From a bacterium (GTDB taxonomy: Bacteria > Bdellovibrionota_C > UBA2361 > OMII01), in contig JAFMIS010000001.1 in assembly GCA_017853915.1 (NCBI GenBank), positions 2,010 to 66,009 of the forward strand: a DNA stretch of 64,000 nucleotides, written 5' to 3'. Each line of letters opens with the position of its first letter. The first letter of the stretch is position 1. Below are positions 30,047 to 41,453 of this stretch, piece by piece. A program made the position numbers and the translations under genes. The notes beneath the pieces are model-generated. The model was not told the origin of the DNA. It saw only the letters and a program-made list of their open reading frames with translations, and did not search any database.

Positions 30047-32488
30047 TTACTCGAGCACCAATTTGGCGAATCGATACACCAGCTTTTTGTGCTCGCTAAA
30101 GGTATCAAACGCGATGACGACCATCGCTGACGTGGTCTCGCCCTGCACTGATTCGATAACACCACGACCAAAGGTCGGATGAATCACTCGAATCCCTGCC
30201 TGAAGTTGTTCAAGGGCCGCGGGACTCTTCTCGAAGTACTCCTTGGGTGTGCTTGGTTGCTTCTGTATTGAATCCGCGGGGGCAAGGAGGTTTTTAATCT
30301 GCTCAAGAGATACGCTTGGGCGCGCCTCCTTTTTCTCATACGAAGGGGATTTTTTCTTGTTAGCCCACCTCGATTCGCGCTCCTCCTCGCGACTACAATC
30401 CTGATCATCATCGAAGGAAAATCGGGGATATCCATTCATAAACGTGGCGCCCTGCGAGAGTTCGGTGCCTACGGCTTCCAGCGATTGCGCGTCTACGTCT
30501 TTGGCGAAACGACTTACGGCCCTTGTTCCACCCGAAGAGAACATCCCTCGCTGATAGGCGCGAGTCATATACAGAACTCTCATCGCTCTCGTGATGCCGA
30601 CGTAACACAATCGTCGCTCCTCCTCGAGACCAGTTGGATCATCCAGGGAGCGATAGTGAGGAAGGATCCCCTCCTCCATTCCACTTAAGAACACCACCGG
30701 AAATTCCAAACCCTTGGCTAGGTGTAGCGTCATAAGCGACACCGTTTCTACTTTCGCTTCGCCCGTCTCGGCGCCACTTTCATTGGCGGGCATATCAGCG
30801 CTCGAGGTGAGCGAGATTCTATCGAGAAAGTCCTTGATAATTGTCTCGGTTGGCACTCCCTCTCGCTCCATGGTCCGGCCCAGCGACTCCAACTCTTGCA
30901 AGTTTTCGATCCGGGAGTGCGCGGCGGGGTCCTTCATAGCGGCGAGCTTCGGCCCGTACTCGCTCCGCTCTACAATCAAGCCAATCAGAGCGCCAAGAGA
31001 CGCTCGCCCCATCTCAAGCTTGAAATCAGCTATCAGTTCGACAAATTTCCTTACGCTCTTGTTCCTGGTGGCTACTTCAAGCGCCGCCTCAAGATAGGGC
31101 ACCCCTCGGCCCTGTGATTCCTGAATAATCTCCTGGACAGCCTGAGCACCGATACCCCGCGGAGGGGTGTTCACCACTCGCTGAAAAGCTTGGTTATCCG
31201 CTGGATGCACTAAGAGTCTTAGATATCCAAGAATATCTTTAATCTCTTTTCGATCAAAAAACTTTAAGCCACCAAAGATCTTGTACGGCACTTTTGCTCG
31301 AACAAGGGACTCTTCCAACGCGCGGGTCTGGGCATTTGTTCGATATAACACGGCGATCTGCGAATAGGGGGTGCCACGAGAGACGAGTCGCTTGATCTCC
31401 GCGGCGATAAATTCCGCCTCCATATTTTCATCGTATCCGATGAAGGTTCGGATTCGCTCACCCGCGGCGCCAGATGTCCATAATTTCTTGGCTTTTCGAG
31501 TTTTATTCTTTTCGATGACGCCGTGCGCCGCGTTTAAGATCGTCGACGTTGAGCGGTAGTTTTGCTCAAGTTTAATAACCTTAGTATTTGGATAGTCTTT
31601 TTCAAACTCTAAGATATTCGTGATATTCGCCCCTCGAAATCCATAAATCGACTGGTCATCATCACCAACCACAAAGAGATTACGTCGAGGCTCGGACAGT
31701 AAACGAATAAATCGATACTGCGCTTTGTTGGTATCTTGAAACTCATCAACGAGAAGGTAGTGGAGTGTGTGTCGATAGTAGTCAAGGACCTCCGGAAACT
31801 CTTGAAGCACTCGCACGGCGTTCATCAAGAGATCTCCGAAATCCATGGCGTCAGCTTGCAAAAGGTACTTTTGGTAGCGATCGTAAACTTGGGCTTGCAA
31901 ATCAGTCTCTACGTTGAAGGTCTTTTGCGCCGCGTCTGCCGGGGTAATGAGGTTGTTCTTGGCGCGATCGATCGCGCGAAGAAAGCTATCGAGCGGGTAG
32001 CGCTCCTCATCAATCGCGAGATCTCGCAATACCTGCTTTACGACGCCCTTCGTATCTTGATCGTCGTAGACGATAAATTTGTTGGAGTACCCAAGGTGCG
32101 TGGCGTTGTGTCGTAAAATCCTTAGCCCCGCGGAGTGGAACGTCGAGATCCAGATTCTACCCGCGCGAGCTCCAAGCAGTCCGAAGAGGCGATTCCTCAT
32201 CTCTTCCGCCGCTTTATTGGTAAAAGTCACGGCAAGGATTCGGTCGGGCCACACAGAGTGATTAAGAACGAGGTTCGCGACCCGGTGAGTTAATACCCGT
32301 GTCTTCCCACTGCCTGCCCCAGCCAGAACAAGGATCGGACCGTTACCATGCAGCACGGCTTCCTGTTGGGGTGGATTCAGTCCCAATAAAAGATCACCTG
32401 ACACGCCATCACTCGAGGAATCTGTTGCGTCACCCATCTCAGCCACTGTACCACATACGTTATTCTGATCGCCGAGCATACTAACCAT
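30047..32488 (-). CDS. uvrD: ATP-dependent DNA helicase UvrD/PcrA
   Basis: Walker A AGAGSGKT, the full set of SF1 helicase motifs, a C-terminal Tudor-like tail (HPTFGRGVIESV), 813 aa. Confidence 0.9.
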   Translation of the reverse strand: MVSMLGDQNNVCGTVAEMGDATDSSSDGVSGDLLLGLNPPQQEAVLHGNGPILVLAGAGSGKTRVLTHRVANLVLNHSVWPDRILAVTFTNKAAEEMRNRLFGLLGARAGRIWISTFHSAGLRILRHNATHLGYSNKFIVYDDQDTKGVVKQVLRDLAIDEERYPLDSFLRAIDRAKNNLITPADAAQKTFNVETDLQAQVYDRYQKYLLQADAMDFGDLLMNAVRVLQEFPEVLDYYRHTLHYLLVDEFQDTNKAQYRFIRLLSEPRRNLFVVGDDDQSIYGFRGANITNILEFEKDYPNTKVIKLEQNYRSTSTILNAAHGVIEKNKTRKAKKLWTSGAAGERIRTFIGYDENMEAEFIAAEIKRLVSRGTPYSQIAVLYRTNAQTRALEESLVRAKVPYKIFGGLKFFDRKEIKDILGYLRLLVHPADNQAFQRVVNTPPRGIGAQAVQEIIQESQGRGVPYLEAALEVATRNKSVRKFVELIADFKLEMGRASLGALIGLIVERSEYGPKLAAMKDPAAHSRIENLQELESLGRTMEREGVPTETIIKDFLDRISLTSSADMPANESGAETGEAKVETVSLMTLHLAKGLEFPVVFLSGMEEGILPHYRSLDDPTGLEEERRLCYVGITRAMRVLYMTRAYQRGMFSSGGTRAVSRFAKDVDAQSLEAVGTELSQGATFMNGYPRFSFDDDQDCSREEERESRWANKKKSPSYEKKEARPSVSLEQIKNLLAPADSIQKQPSTPKEYFEKSPAALEQLQAGIRVIHPTFGRGVIESVQGETTSAMVVIAFDTFSEHKKLVYRFAKLVLE

Positions 32489-32567
32489 GAGACCACTAAT
32501 GTCGCCACATTGGGCGCTCTCCTATTGAGTCCCTCTACCTATCCTTAAGGAATGTGCCACAGAAAAG

Positions 32568-32596
32568 AAAAAGGGAGATGAGGATCTCCCTTTTCG
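32568..32596. terminator. bidirectional intrinsic-terminator-like hairpin (AAAAGGGAGAT-gagg-ATCTCCCTTTT)
   Basis: Perfect 11-bp inverted repeat flanked by an A-run and a T-run. It lies 54 nt downstream of the small minus-strand ORF at 32650-32823. Confidence 0.45.
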
Positions 32597-32649
32597 CGAC
32601 TTGTCGCAATTGTTGAGGATGAGATCTCCCCATCGCTACGCCGCTTGGG

Positions 32650-32823
32650 CTAGCGCAGACGGGGGCCTATCTGTTGTCCTCTAAGAGAGACCTTGGCGAC
32701 GCTACATGATACCGCGATTGGGTTCACCATCGAGAGCCCCTGAAAGACCAGCTTCCCGATGTAGGCCACCGTTAGCATCGCACACACCAAGTCGATTCCT
32801 GTTACGAGCACTTGATTCGTCAT
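32650..32823 (-). CDS. unannotated small hydrophobic protein (57 aa)
   Basis: Sequence MTNQVLVTGIDLVCAMLTVAYIGKLVFQGLSMVNPIAVSCSVAKVSLRGQQIGPRLR. A strong SD (GGAGGG) sits 5 nt upstream of the ATG. It has one predicted TM helix, a basic tail and a downstream hairpin. It is below the 60-aa cut-off of the ORF track. Confidence 0.35.
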   Translation of the reverse strand: MTNQVLVTGIDLVCAMLTVAYIGKLVFQGLSMVNPIAVSCSVAKVSLRGQQIGPRLR

Positions 32824-33008
32824 ACGCCCTCCATTTCGATATTTCTATTCTTTTTCTATGTCAAAAGACCCCCACCTTCAAGTTTTTTTCTATATACAAT
32901 CGAAAGAGGGGCATAAAAAGTTTCGTATTTACGAAAAATCAATAAATTAGAGCCCAAGACGGGGTTTGATCACGTGCGCTGGAGGCCTCCTCTTGGTACC
33001 GTTGGGCG

Positions 33009-33599
33009 ATGTCTTCCAGCTACAACCGCAAGGACCACCTCTACAAGAAAGCTAAAGAAGAGGGGTATCGCTCACGCGCGGCGTACAAATTAAAGGAGAT
33101 CCAGGCTACTCACAAAATCATCGCGCCCAATTCCAGCGTTCTTGATGTAGGGGCATGGCCCGGCGGCTGGACCCAAGTGGCGCTTGAATATGTGGGTCCT
33201 AACGGTTCGGTAACCGCAATCGATCTGCAGCCACTTGAGCCCATCGATGATCCTCGCTGCCATCTCCTCTCGGGTGACGCTCGCGATCTTGAGGAGACTC
33301 TGGGACACCCGGGACCCTCTTTTGATTGTGTCATCTCCGATATGTCGCCAAAACTCACTGGGATTAAAGAAGCCGACCAGGCCGGAACCGTGGCGTGCGC
33401 GGAGCTCGCGCTCTACGTCGCTCAGCAGCTCTTAAAAAAGGGCGGAAATTTTGTCGCCAAGGTCTTTAAGGGGGGCGAGGTCGAAGGGTTTGTCAAATCA
33501 GCTCGGCCAATGTTTAATAAGCTCATTCGATCGGAGCTTGATTCCACTCGCAACTCCTCGAATGAGTTTTACGTAATAGGTCTCGGTTTCAAGCGATAA
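33009..33599 (+). CDS. rlmE: 23S rRNA (uridine-2'-O)-methyltransferase RlmE/FtsJ
   Basis: SRAAYKLKEI, DVGAWPGGW, D(L/M)SP motifs of FtsJ methyltransferases. Confidence 0.9.
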   Translation: MSSSYNRKDHLYKKAKEEGYRSRAAYKLKEIQATHKIIAPNSSVLDVGAWPGGWTQVALEYVGPNGSVTAIDLQPLEPIDDPRCHLLSGDARDLEETLGHPGPSFDCVISDMSPKLTGIKEADQAGTVACAELALYVAQQLLKKGGNFVAKVFKGGEVEGFVKSARPMFNKLIRSELDSTRNSSNEFYVIGLGFKR

Positions 33600-33605
33600 C
33601 TACAG

Positions 33606-34397
33606 ATGGGCGTACTGACAACGATTGAGCATTTTGGAGCTTTCATCATCGAGACGACCGAGCGTTGGGGGCGTTCCTGGATCTTTCTCTTTCGTTCAAT
33701 GGTTGCCTTGATTCGCCCTCCATACCGACCGTACCTATACTTCTCCCAAATCCTTCAGATCGGCGTTAATTCGACCCTTGTTATCGCGCTGATCGGTCTA
33801 TTCACCGGCGCGGTCTTAGCGGTGCAGGGCGAATACACCCTCTCAAAATTTGGAGCCAACGCCTATACCGGTCCCGCTGTAGCACTCAGCCTGATACGAG
33901 AACTTGGGCCTGTTCTCACAGCGCTCATGGTGATTGGCCGTGCGGGCTCAGCTGTCACCGCTGAGCTTGGGATTATGCGCATCACAGAGCAGATCGACGC
34001 GCTGCGCTCTATGGCGGTTGATCCAATAAAATATCTGATGGCGCCGCGTCTCTTTGCTGGAGTAATCGCGATGCCCCTTCTGTGCGGCATATTTAATGTT
34101 GTTGGTATCTTTGGTGGATACGTCGTCGCTGTCGGGCTTCTTGGTCTGAGCGCGGGAACGTTTATGAGCCAGATCGAGTCCGCTGTGGCGCTCGTTGACA
34201 TCTACTCAGGGTTTATCAAAGCGACCGTTTTTGGGCTCATCTTCGGATGGGTGAGTTGCTACAAAGGCTATACGTGTGGATTTGGCGCGCAGGGTGTTAA
34301 CAAAGCCACTACGCAGTCGGTTGTTACGGCATCCGTGGCGGTCTTAATCGTCGATTACTTCCTGACAAGCGTACTCACTCGTGTCTTCATGAAATAA
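33606..34397 (+). CDS. mlaE: phospholipid ABC transporter permease MlaE
   Basis: 263-aa polytopic permease of the MlaE/Ttg2B family, followed by an ATPase and an MCE protein. Confidence 0.88.
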   Translation: MGVLTTIEHFGAFIIETTERWGRSWIFLFRSMVALIRPPYRPYLYFSQILQIGVNSTLVIALIGLFTGAVLAVQGEYTLSKFGANAYTGPAVALSLIRELGPVLTALMVIGRAGSAVTAELGIMRITEQIDALRSMAVDPIKYLMAPRLFAGVIAMPLLCGIFNVVGIFGGYVVAVGLLGLSAGTFMSQIESAVALVDIYSGFIKATVFGLIFGWVSCYKGYTCGFGAQGVNKATTQSVVTASVAVLIVDYFLTSVLTRVFMK

Positions 34398-34400
34398 ACG

Positions 34401-35150
34401 ATGATCTCAGTGCGCAATATCTACAAACGATTCGGCTCGCAGGTGGTGCTGGAAGGGGTCACACTCGATATCGAACCAGGAAAGACCACGGCCGTTGTGG
34501 GCCCCAGCGGTGTCGGTAAGTCAGTGCTCTTAAAACTAATCATGGGCATCATGACACCCGATCGCGGTGAGGTGTACATCGGAGGGGAAAATATGACCGC
34601 CGCTCGCACCGAGCGAGCGCGTAACGATATTCGCCGCTCTCTGGGGGTGCTTTTCCAATCGGCGGCGCTCTTCGATTCATTGACGATCTACGACAACATC
34701 GCTTTTTCGCTCAGGGAGCGCGTCGGTTTGAGCGCCACCAAGGCGCACTCCAAGGTTCTCGACATGGCCGCGTCCTTAAGCCTTACTCCGTACCTCCAAA
34801 ACTTCCCCGAACAGGTCTCGATCGGAATCCGCAAGCGTGTCGGCATGGCGCGCGCGCTCATTACTGAGCCCAAAGTGCTCCTCGTAGACGAGCCAAACAC
34901 CGGACTGGACCCTCTTGATGGGCAAGAGGTGTACGATTTAATAAACGCATGCAAGAATCAGTGGGGCTTTACGGGGCTCGTCATAAGCCACGAGCTTCCG
35001 GAGGTATTTCAGGTCTCGGACCGAGTTGCTATGATCCTCAAAGGAGCGATCATAGCCGAGGGAACCCCGGCCGAACTCACCGCGTCTCAAGACCCCGCTG
35101 TGCAGCAGTTCCTGAATGGGAGAACGGATGGACCAATCAAAATTCAATAA
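34401..35150 (+). CDS. mlaF: phospholipid ABC transporter ATP-binding protein MlaF
   Basis: Walker A GPSGVGKS, ABC signature, 249 aa. Confidence 0.9.
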   Translation: MISVRNIYKRFGSQVVLEGVTLDIEPGKTTAVVGPSGVGKSVLLKLIMGIMTPDRGEVYIGGENMTAARTERARNDIRRSLGVLFQSAALFDSLTIYDNIAFSLRERVGLSATKAHSKVLDMAASLSLTPYLQNFPEQVSIGIRKRVGMARALITEPKVLLVDEPNTGLDPLDGQEVYDLINACKNQWGFTGLVISHELPEVFQVSDRVAMILKGAIIAEGTPAELTASQDPAVQQFLNGRTDGPIKIQ

Positions 35151-35673
35151 CTCACCTCAAGCGCCACAGCTCGCCGTCCCCAAGCGCAGTTTCTCTTTGG
35201 AGCTGTTTGTTGGGCTTTTCGCCGCGGCGGGTGTTGGCGCCGCTGCGTACCTCGCGGTAGGGTTGGCTGGTCTTGAGATCGGGAACACAAACGCGTACAC
35301 GATCTACGCGGAGTTCGATAATATCTCAGGCCTTAAGTACGGAGCCTCTGTCGAGATAGCTGGGGTTCCAATCGGCGTAGTCTCGTCGATTGATCTCAAA
35401 GATCCTGCCGCTCGAATCGCCCTGCGAATCAACAAATCAGTCAAGGTAAAGGATGACGATATCGCCTCGATCCGAACCAAGGGTATCATCGGAGATCGAT
35501 ACGTAAAAATATCACGTGGAGCGTCGACCACGTACATCCCCGCTGAGGGCACAATCGTGGAGACTGAATCAGTCGTCGACCTTGAAGACGTTATCGGCAA
35601 GGTGGTGCATAGCCTTACCGGCGAGAAAGATGAAAAGGATTCTAATGACGACAAGAGTGACAAGAAGAGCTAA
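35116..35673 (+). CDS. mlaD: MCE-domain periplasmic substrate-binding protein MlaD
   Basis: N-terminal TM followed by an MCE domain (GLKYGASVEIAGVPIGVV) and a C-terminal acidic tail. Confidence 0.85.
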   Translation: MGERMDQSKFNNSPQAPQLAVPKRSFSLELFVGLFAAAGVGAAAYLAVGLAGLEIGNTNAYTIYAEFDNISGLKYGASVEIAGVPIGVVSSIDLKDPAARIALRINKSVKVKDDDIASIRTKGIIGDRYVKISRGASTTYIPAEGTIVETESVVDLEDVIGKVVHSLTGEKDEKDSNDDKSDKKS

Positions 35674-35718
35674 TGCCTACGCCGCTAACAACGAGCGCAT
35701 CACTGGAGGTGCCACAGT

Positions 35719-36309
35719 ATGACTACTAAATTATCAATCTTCCTCGCTCTCGTAGGTATCTTGTGCGCTCCCGTTGTGAGTCATGCTGATCCAGCGTCAT
35801 CTCCGAAGGTCGAGATGCAAAAGACGATTGATGGCATTATCACGATAGCTTCAGCGCATCCTGGAGATGGGCAGCAAGCCATCCGCCGCTCAAAACTCCG
35901 AGAGCTCATTAACCCAAAGTTTAACTTTCCCGAGATGGCCAAGCGTTCTTTAGGCCCTAACTGGAACGACATAACTCCCGAGGAGCAAGCTGATTTCACC
36001 TCTGTCTTCTCTGAGCTCCTTGCTCGCACGTACCTCTCTAAAATTGAGACTGTGAAGCCTGGCATGGTTACAGTGGAGAGCGAGCAAGTTGAACCACCAC
36101 GCGCGATAGTAAAAACCAAGGTCATAAGCAAGGGAGATACCTTTCCAATTGATTATAAGCTCTCGATCCACAACGATTCCTGGCAGGTCTACGACGTTGT
36201 CATTGAGAACATTGGGCTCGTCGCGAATTACCGAAATGAGTTCTCCGGTATCATCCGAAAAGAGAAGTTCTCAGGACTCATGACTCGCCTCCGTCAAAAA
36301 ATCTCGTAG
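35719..36309 (+). CDS. mlaC: MlaC/Ttg2D-family periplasmic phospholipid-binding protein
   Basis: Signal peptide, 196 aa, position directly after mlaD; sequence fits the Tgt2/MlaC toluene-tolerance family. Confidence 0.75.
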   Translation: MTTKLSIFLALVGILCAPVVSHADPASSPKVEMQKTIDGIITIASAHPGDGQQAIRRSKLRELINPKFNFPEMAKRSLGPNWNDITPEEQADFTSVFSELLARTYLSKIETVKPGMVTVESEQVEPPRAIVKTKVISKGDTFPIDYKLSIHNDSWQVYDVVIENIGLVANYRNEFSGIIRKEKFSGLMTRLRQKIS

Positions 36310-36319
36310 TACGTGTCGC

Positions 36320-36793
36320 ATGACCCTTGAAGAGGTTCTCCAATCATACTCCGCTGGTCCGCAAACCGGGGTATTCACCGATGGTGGTTGTCAGCCAAAT
36401 CCTGGTCCCGGTGGTTGGGGCTTCGTATACGTGATCAATGGAGAAATAATCTCTCAAGATCATGGCTATGATCCCGATACCACGAACAATCGCATGGAGC
36501 TTACGGCCCTTATAAAAGCATTTTCCTATCTCCCTGATGACGCTGATATCGAGATCCACTCGGATAGTCAGTTGTGCGTAAAGACAGTGAACGAATGGGC
36601 CCCTCAGTGGGAAAAGCGAGGATGGAAGCGTAGCACTGGGCCAATAGCAAACCTAGAACTCGTCAAGGAGCTCTACGCACTCCACAAAGCGAAACCAAAC
36701 GTGCGGCTGCAGTGGATAAAGGCACACAACGGTTGGCTATGGAACGAATACGCTGACTCCCTATCCACAGCGTGGACACGGGCCACGCTATGA
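36320..36793 (+). CDS. rnhA: ribonuclease HI
   Basis: FTDGGCQPNPGPGGWG, MELTALIKA, HSDSQ, KAHNG catalytic DEDD signature; 157 aa. Confidence 0.9.
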   Translation: MTLEEVLQSYSAGPQTGVFTDGGCQPNPGPGGWGFVYVINGEIISQDHGYDPDTTNNRMELTALIKAFSYLPDDADIEIHSDSQLCVKTVNEWAPQWEKRGWKRSTGPIANLELVKELYALHKAKPNVRLQWIKAHNGWLWNEYADSLSTAWTRATL

Positions 36794-37650
36794 TGTCGCG
36801 TTGTATGCGCGCCCATAAACTAATAATCCTGCTTCTCACCCTTTTTTTTATCCATCTCGTTGGATGTTGTGTTCACGTATCGATGGTTGACATCCCGCCT
36901 CTTGTCGCCCAACGCCCGCTGGCGCGGGTTGTCGCGGCCCACCGTGGCCCACCGATCCATGGCGACTTGCCCGACAATTCTCTCGCCGCGATCACAAGCT
37001 CAGTTCAGCACAAGATTCCCTTTATTGAAGTCGATGTGCGTCTCTCACACGAGGGAGAGCTTTTTCTCTTTCATGATGGAAGCCTCACATCTGGCAATTC
37101 ATTTTCCCCATCACGACTGCATGGTCGACCGATTCAATCCCTCTCGCATGAGGAGCGCAGTGAGGCGTTCCTTAACAAGCAGCGCTCGCTCGCTATCCCA
37201 TCATTTGAGTCCGCTCTCTCCGCTATCCGAGAGGGAAGTAGCTCCCTTCAGGTTGATCTCAAGGGAGAGTCAGATGCCCTTGCCCGAAAGGTTATCGAAA
37301 CCGCGCAGTCGATGGGGCTCCTATCACGTGTCCTCGTTCAGGTAAGAAACCCCGAGCGCGTCGCTATGCTTAGAAAGTCTTTTCCCGCGGCTCGTATTCT
37401 TGCTCGCTGCCTCTCGCCTCACGATCTCAAGAGCGCTATCGCACAGCAAGTCGAATTTGTCGAGCTTGAACGTTGGATTAGCTCCGACGCGATCGCTGAC
37501 GCACACCGCGCTGGGATACAAGTTCTCATAAACGTAGCTACCTCGCGTCTCGATGAAAGCGCCACTTGGGAGTACTTCCGATCCCGTGGGGTCGATAGCA
37601 TCACCAGTGACAGGGCTGCTGAGCATCTGTTGGTCACGCCGCTTAGGTGA
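36772..37650 (+). CDS. glycerophosphodiester phosphodiesterase family protein
   Basis: N-terminal signal/TM and a GDPD-like core (AHRG...ENS..A, EVDVRLSHEGELFLFHD). Confidence 0.7.
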   Translation: MDTGHAMMSRCMRAHKLIILLLTLFFIHLVGCCVHVSMVDIPPLVAQRPLARVVAAHRGPPIHGDLPDNSLAAITSSVQHKIPFIEVDVRLSHEGELFLFHDGSLTSGNSFSPSRLHGRPIQSLSHEERSEAFLNKQRSLAIPSFESALSAIREGSSSLQVDLKGESDALARKVIETAQSMGLLSRVLVQVRNPERVAMLRKSFPAARILARCLSPHDLKSAIAQQVEFVELERWISSDAIADAHRAGIQVLINVATSRLDESATWEYFRSRGVDSITSDRAAEHLLVTPLR

Positions 37651-37696
37651 AAAATACCGTGTGGCGAATGAAGCTCGCACGGGTGAGAATTAGGTT

Positions 37697-38530
37697 ATGA
37701 CGACTCCCCTTGAGATCCTCCGCTACCTCCTTCCCTTCGTCGCGACAGCTGGAGACTACAGCGCCTATATTCAGAATCGCGTGGGCTCCCACAAAGCCAA
37801 GGACGGCGCGACAGCTTTTCATCATGCGCTCTCTGACGCCGATCTCACTATTCAGAGCTATCTCGAGGTCGCTCTCTTAGCCCAATACCCAGCGGTTAGT
37901 TTTTTCTCGGAGGAGCAGGACTCCTCGCTCAATGCGAAGTACTTTTCCGAAAAAGCTCCGCTTGAGGTTCTTCTCGATCCGATCGATGGCACTCGCGCGT
38001 ACATCGATAATCGAGCGCACTATCAGGTGATCGTTACGATTCACGGTGAAAGCGAGATCGTTGGGGCTCTGTGTTACATGCCCCGTCGCGATATCTGCTA
38101 TGTCGCCACGCGAGGAGAGGGGGCTTTTCGTCTGACTCACGCGGAAGCAAGAGCGCGAGGTGGTGGAACGAGGTTGACCCTACAACAGGCCTCGGGCCCG
38201 ATATTGGTGTTTAATCAACCCGACCTCATTCGAAAACTCTCTCCTCACTTTGAGGTACGAGATATCGTTGAGGAGTACTCCCGACAGCCTGGTCGATACA
38301 ACTTTACTGATTTCCTTGAGGGCTCAGCTATCGCTACCATCAATATGCCATGCCAAGCGATCGACGGTGGGGCCCTTGCATTTATTGCGAAAGAGGCTGG
38401 AGCTCGTGTGTCTGACGCTACCGGATCTCCCGTGGGTAGCTATCGAGACAGCCCAAAACGCACGGTGCCGTGCGTTATCACAAGCAGCTCCCATGAGCTG
38501 CATGATAGGATTATGCGAGCGCTGAGGTAA
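37697..38530 (+). CDS. inositol monophosphatase / CysQ-family Mg-dependent phosphatase
   Basis: LDPIDGTRAYI metal-binding motif and an IMPase fold-length ORF. Confidence 0.8.
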   Translation: MTTPLEILRYLLPFVATAGDYSAYIQNRVGSHKAKDGATAFHHALSDADLTIQSYLEVALLAQYPAVSFFSEEQDSSLNAKYFSEKAPLEVLLDPIDGTRAYIDNRAHYQVIVTIHGESEIVGALCYMPRRDICYVATRGEGAFRLTHAEARARGGGTRLTLQQASGPILVFNQPDLIRKLSPHFEVRDIVEEYSRQPGRYNFTDFLEGSAIATINMPCQAIDGGALAFIAKEAGARVSDATGSPVGSYRDSPKRTVPCVITSSSHELHDRIMRALR

Positions 38531-38583
38531 ATTTCAAAAGAAACGAGCGTGGCTCTGTAGAGCCATGGTGAGAGGAGAGAGAA

Positions 38584-38700
38584 CTACGCCTTGGTAGCGC
38601 TCTTCGCGGCTTTCTTATTAGCCCTCTTGTTTCTCTTCTGCGCGAGCTTAGCGTCGCGAGCGTTTCTGCGATTCCAGGTAATTTTGGTTGGCGATGCCAT
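38584..38700 (-). CDS. unannotated small, highly basic protein (38 aa)
   Basis: Sequence MASPTKITWNRRNARDAKLAQKRNKRANKKAAKSATKA. AGGAG sits 8 nt upstream of the ATG, and a short hairpin plus T-rich tract follows. An alternative overlapping GTG-start ORF (38511-38705) has worse RBS spacing. Confidence 0.3.
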   Translation of the reverse strand: MASPTKITWNRRNARDAKLAQKRNKRANKKAAKSATKA

Positions 38701-38791
38701 AACACTAACTCCTAAGTACATCTTAAGCGGAGGCCTAAAGGGTATCGAAGATATCAACAAGGGTCAACAAACCAGGGCCCTAAGGCCCAGT

Positions 38792-41272
<2,481 letters not shown>

Positions 41273-41453
41273 CTAGTTAGATCTGTTTGGTAAAGAGCAA
41301 ACCTTTTTTGATCGAATCTTATAAGCTACTAAATTTATTGTTTTTTTAAGCAACTCTTCGGGAGGGTAAAAAGCTCTTATTTTTAAGGCTTCGGCTGACC
41401 TTTTCACCGCCTGTGGATTATCCCGGCAAAAACATCTCAAGCCATTGAAACAA

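Noticed and set aside
32706-32945. 79-aa plus-strand ORF in the uvrD-rlmE intergenic region
   Set aside because: It has no convincing SD. Its proline/arginine-rich composition then runs into AT-rich promoter DNA. It overlaps the better-supported minus-strand small ORF, which has an SD and a terminator.
38511-38705. 64-aa minus-strand ORF from the track (GTG start)
   Set aside because: The SD would be only 2 nt from the start codon. The overlapping ATG frame at 38700 has proper spacing and a more coherent basic-peptide product. Both remain uncertain.
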